Of a stretch of 64,000 bases of DNA, positions 60,284-64,000 are shown in pieces. Each line of letters starts with the position of its first letter. Within the stretch, counting starts at the first letter, position 1. The stretch comes from Ignavibacteriota bacterium (GTDB taxonomy: Bacteria > Bacteroidota > Ignavibacteria > UBA10030): contig CAVSHO010000010.1 of assembly GCA_963727825.1 (NCBI GenBank), positions 32,001 to 96,000 on the forward strand, given 5' to 3'. The position numbers and the translations under genes are program-made. Below the pieces are notes generated by a model. That model had not been told where the DNA came from, searched no databases, and saw only the letters and a list, made by a program, of their open reading frames with translations.

Positions 60284-60296
60284 GTTGTTTTTCCGC

Positions 60297-60551
60297 TTAC
60301 TCTTTTATCGGTTCTATTGTGAAAGAAAAACTTTCCATAATAAGATTTGCAAGGAGCTTTTCGGAAATTTGCTTTGCCATACGCTCTGCTTCATCAGGCA
60401 AATCTGTATCAATATCCATCTCAATGTACTTGCCAATCCGTACATTGCCGACTGACTCAAAGCCAAGTGAATGAATGCCTTGCTCCACTGCTTTCCCCTG
60501 TGGATCAAGAATAGATTTCTTCAATGTCACAAATACTTTTGAATGGAACAC
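60297..60551 (-). CDS. purS: FGAM synthase subunit PurS
   Basis: [24 protein letters not shown]. Confidence 0.93.
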   Translation of the reverse strand: MFHSKVFVTLKKSILDPQGKAVEQGIHSLGFESVGNVRIGKYIEMDIDTDLPDEAERMAKQISEKLLANLIMESFSFTIEPIKE

Positions 60552-60581
60552 GTTTATCTCCTATATGTCAATACTTATAGT

Positions 60582-61337
60582 TTACTCTGCCTTTACAGGT
60601 ACATTATCTGTTTTAATAAATATTTTTTTTATCCAAACGGCTGCCGCCCTAAATAAACCGAAAACAACGTAAAGCATTAGTATCTGAAAAAGATAGTTTT
60701 TGTCTAACAATAATTTAGAGAATGCTAAAACGAGTAAGGCAATAAAAATGATAATAATTTTATATGGATGTGATTTCAACTGAACCTTTGAGAGTTTCGG
60801 CATTGTGTCATACTTCACATGACTTACCATTAAGAGAGAGAGAACAACGACAAGTACTTTAAGCTCGATGCCTGCTAAACTGTCTCCACTTATTTTATCA
60901 TAGCCAAATTGAAGAATGAATGCGCAAATGGTTATCGCTTGCATTGGAATCGGCAGTCCATTGAAATATTCTTTATCGAAACCGATAAGTTGTATATTGA
61001 ACCGTGCTAATCGAATTGCGCCGAGCACAACAGGCAGGGCTGCAATAAGAATTCCCCATGGTTCTATAGTAGAGAGATACGCTTGATAGACCATGAACGA
61101 AGGCGCAACGCCAAAAGAAACAACATCTGCAAGAGAATCAAGTTCGACTCCAAATTGGCTCGATGAATGAGTCATTCTCGCCATAATGCCATCTAGTGAA
61201 TCGAAAACGGCAGCAAGGATTATCACCCAAGCCGCAATAATAAACTGCCCTTGACTTGTATATATAATCGAGAGAAAGCCGCAAAAGATATTAAGCGCTG
61301 TAAAGAGACCTGGGACAAACGCCCGAGTAATTTTCAT
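60582..61337 (-). CDS. pssA: CDP-diacylglycerol--serine O-phosphatidyltransferase
   Basis: DSLDGIMAR..SQFGVELDSLADVVSFGVAP, RLARFN, FNGLPIP. Confidence 0.93.
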   Translation of the reverse strand: MKITRAFVPGLFTALNIFCGFLSIIYTSQGQFIIAAWVIILAAVFDSLDGIMARMTHSSSQFGVELDSLADVVSFGVAPSFMVYQAYLSTIEPWGILIAALPVVLGAIRLARFNIQLIGFDKEYFNGLPIPMQAITICAFILQFGYDKISGDSLAGIELKVLVVVLSLLMVSHVKYDTMPKLSKVQLKSHPYKIIIIFIALLVLAFSKLLLDKNYLFQILMLYVVFGLFRAAAVWIKKIFIKTDNVPVKAE

Positions 61338-62011
61338 TTAGATTTTTTCTCCAATTCATTCTGAGTGAATTCACCCAAGATTGTCTCGCCAGCAATTGTG
61401 ATATCATCAATATGTGTTTTTAATTCAACGGAAAGCGGTAAAAACACATCAACGCGGGAACCGAATTTAATCATACCGAACCGTTCTCCTGCAATGACTG
61501 TATCACCCGATTTCAGCGGGCACACAATTCGTCTTGCCACGAAACCGGCAATCTGTTTAAACATCACTTTCCTATTTGTATTTTCAAGTCCCACAATCAT
61601 TTGTTCATTTTTTTCTGACGCTTTATCTTCAAACGCAGCGAAGTATTCCCCTTTTACATATCTCGTGTGCTTCACCACTCCTGAAATCGGAACACGATTG
61701 ACGTGAACGTTGAACGGTGACATAAAAATGCTGATTTGCCAAACATCCGAATGAAAGAATTCGTTATCAAGTATTCTCTTGACAATAACGACTTTCCCAT
61801 CAGCCGGTGCTATGATAAGATTTTCACCTTTTGGCGTTATGCGTTCGGGATCGCGAAAAAAACTTGCGGCAAACCCAAGAACAGCAAGCGAAACCACAAT
61901 GATTGAATAACGATAAGATTTCGGTTCAATAAAGAGAAGCGCCAGTAAAATAATAACAAAACAAACAGCGGCTATCGTAAAAAAGACATCATATCCATAT
62001 TTTGTTATCAT
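61334..62011 (-). CDS. psd: Phosphatidylserine decarboxylase proenzyme
   Basis: FFRDPER, APADG, FMSPFNVHVNR, IKFGSRVD. Confidence 0.93.
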   Translation of the reverse strand: MITKYGYDVFFTIAAVCFVIILLALLFIEPKSYRYSIIVVSLAVLGFAASFFRDPERITPKGENLIIAPADGKVVIVKRILDNEFFHSDVWQISIFMSPFNVHVNRVPISGVVKHTRYVKGEYFAAFEDKASEKNEQMIVGLENTNRKVMFKQIAGFVARRIVCPLKSGDTVIAGERFGMIKFGSRVDVFLPLSVELKTHIDDITIAGETILGEFTQNELEKKSK

Positions 62012-62018
62012 AAGATTC

Positions 62019-62906
62019 TCAGACCTGTCCTGCTGCGTGATATGAGCTGCGAACCAATGGTCCGGATTCTATATGCCGAAATCCCATCTTCAATCCTTCT
62101 TCCTTCAACATCTTGAATTCATCCGGATGCACATATCTGTCGATTGGTAGATGTTCCTTCGTCGGCTGGAGATATTGTCCCAGGGTTAGAATATCACATG
62201 CCACAGTACGCGCATCTTTTATCACTTCTAATATTTCTTCTGTGTGCTCACCGATACCAAGCATTAATCCTGTCTTTGTTATAAAACCTTTTTGTTTTGC
62301 ACGTTGTAGTACTTCAAGCGATTGCTGATAATTTGCCTGCGGTCTCACTGTTCTATACAATCGAGGAACCGTCTCCAAATTATGATTGAGAATATCCGGC
62401 TTTGAAGCAAGCACGATGTCGAGCGCTTCTTCACTGCCTTTGAAATCCGGTATCAATACTTCTGTCTTACAATATGGAACACGTTCGTGTATGAGTCTGA
62501 CTGTTTCAGCAAATATCGGCGCACCGCCATCCTTGCGCTCATCGCGGTTGACTGATGTGATGACTGCATGTCGAATCTTCATCAGCTCAATTGCTTCTAC
62601 AACGCGGCGCGGTTCATCCCAATCCAATCTATAATCTGGCCGGCCGGTCTTCACAGCACAGAATCCACATGACCCAGTACAAATATCGCCAAGAATCATG
62701 AAAGTTGCAGTACCTAAATTCCAGCACTCTCCCATATTCGGACATCGCGCCTCTTCGCAAACAGTGTGGAGTTTGTGGGAACGCATTATGTCATTGAGAC
62801 GGGCATATTCCGTTCCACCCGGGATTTTTGCTTTAAGCCATTCGGGTCGCTGCTGTCGCGATAGCGGTGCTTTGTTTTCCGTTATATCATGAATATCAGT
62901 TGTCAC
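62019..62906 (-). CDS. lipA: Lipoyl synthase
   Basis: [34 protein letters not shown]. Confidence 0.97.
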   Translation of the reverse strand: MTTDIHDITENKAPLSRQQRPEWLKAKIPGGTEYARLNDIMRSHKLHTVCEEARCPNMGECWNLGTATFMILGDICTGSCGFCAVKTGRPDYRLDWDEPRRVVEAIELMKIRHAVITSVNRDERKDGGAPIFAETVRLIHERVPYCKTEVLIPDFKGSEEALDIVLASKPDILNHNLETVPRLYRTVRPQANYQQSLEVLQRAKQKGFITKTGLMLGIGEHTEEILEVIKDARTVACDILTLGQYLQPTKEHLPIDRYVHPDEFKMLKEEGLKMGFRHIESGPLVRSSYHAAGQV

Positions 62907-64000
62907 TTTTGTACTAATTGAAAATCAAAATGTTCCAGGTGCCATTTTATACGAGACAAACATTGCCCGCCAATAGCGCCATCAATGATACGATGGTCAA
63001 ATGTCAGTGTCAAATAAATCATAGAACGTATCTCAACTACATCTTTGCCCTGATCATCGCTTAATACCATTGGCCTCTTTTTAATTGCACCGAGACCAAG
63101 AATTGCTGTCTGGGGCTGATTGATGATCGGTGTTCCTATTATGCTCCCAAAGATGCCATAATTCGTTATAGAAAATGTTCCATCGACGATATCGTCAGGC
63201 GATAATTTTTTAGCACGGGCACGGGCAGCGACATCTGTCAATGACCCCGCTAAACTTATAAAATCCTTTTCTTCAGCATTGCGCACCACAGGAACAATTA
63301 ATCCGTTCGGTGCGGCAACGGCAATACCAAGATTGATGAAGTTTTTATATATGATCACATCGCCTTCAAGTGAACTGTTGACGATGCAAAATTCCTTCAG
63401 GGCATTTACTGCAGCAAATGCAAAGAAAGGCATATATGTCAATTTAAAGCCTGTCTGTCTTTCGAACTGTTGTAATATACTCAAACGAAACTTCACAATC
63501 TCTGTCAAATCCACTTCATCGATAATAGTCACATGCGGAGAAGTGGATACACTCCGCACCATGTGCTCTGCCATTTTTTTCTGCATATTGTCCAAGCGGA
63601 CGAGGTGATACTTTGGCTCTGGATATTTTTTGTCTAATTCCGAGATATCAATAGCGCGGATGCCGTAGGTTTTTGTAGTATCAGGACGGTTCTTGAGATA
63701 ATTTAAAATGTCCTGTTTTGTGACACGGCCATGCGATCCCGAACCTACAATTTTATCGAGAGCATTCTGTTCAATTCCTTCCTTCTTCGCTATCATTTTT
63801 ACCAGGGGGGAATAGAATCGTTGCCTGTCTTGCTTTTGATTTTGAGCGTGCAACAAGATATTTGATCTGGATACGCTCGTGTCTTCTGAAAAATCCTGTT
63901 CAGCAGCTGCCACTTCAGTTTGACCAGCTGTTTCAATGCCGGCTGATAGATTTGTTTCAACATACGCGATAACCGTCCCCACTGGAACTGTTTGCTGCTC
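62903..64000 (-). CDS. 2-oxoacid dehydrogenase E2 dihydrolipoamide acyltransferase (5' end outside window)
   Basis: [18 protein letters not shown]3-binding domain, [22 protein letters not shown]. Confidence 0.93.
   Translation of the reverse strand, partial: EQQTVPVGTVIAYVETNLSAGIETAGQTEVAAAEQDFSEDTSVSRSNILLHAQNQKQDRQRFYSPLVKMIAKKEGIEQNALDKIVGSGSHGRVTKQDILNYLKNRPDTTKTYGIRAIDISELDKKYPEPKYHLVRLDNMQKKMAEHMVRSVSTSPHVTIIDEVDLTEIVKFRLSILQQFERQTGFKLTYMPFFAFAAVNALKEFCIVNSSLEGDVIIYKNFINLGIAVAAPNGLIVPVVRNAEEKDFISLAGSLTDVAARARAKKLSPDDIVDGTFSITNYGIFGSIIGTPIINQPQTAILGLGAIKKRPMVLSDDQGKDVVEIRSMIYLTLTFDHRIIDGAIGGQCLSRIKWHLEHFDFQLVQK

Noticed and set aside
6681-63608. Numerous short ORFs overlapping long genes in the ORF track
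   Set aside because: Antisense or alternate-frame shadows of well-supported genes with no independent motifs

Overview
AT-rich bacterial chromosomal window; gene content and order suggest the Ignavibacteria/Chlorobi-Bacteroidota lineage (inference). It is mostly housekeeping genes: rluB-scpB-scpA-trpS, aroC, degP-recO-mtnA, comEC, dtd-prmC, prs-rplY-pth-rpsF-rpsR-rplI, korAB, ndk-sucD-gatA-tatA-tatA-purQS-pssA-psd-lipA-E2, plus three intact tRNAs. The most unusual feature is at 42.76-43.50 kb. There one intact tRNA-Gln(TTG) sits in a tandem array with three altered copies of itself. In all three the anticodon arm is replaced by a short palindrome, and two also carry a 22-nt double-hairpin insert in the T-loop. 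The copies alternate with one full-length and one internally deleted small GIY-YIG nuclease gene, and the full-length gene takes its stop codon from the tRNA-derived sequence. This looks like a tRNA-parasitic nuclease/palindrome element. Other points of interest: related short GC-rich hairpins and heptamer arrays (two inside coding regions), a two-gene DUF2334/GT2 exopolysaccharide-like module, three minor-pilin-like genes lacking a prepilin cleavage motif, a GC-rich islet with a frameshifted hydrolase, a truncated DinB next to an AT-rich membrane gene, and a frameshifted korA. All family calls come from reading motifs by eye; no searches were run.
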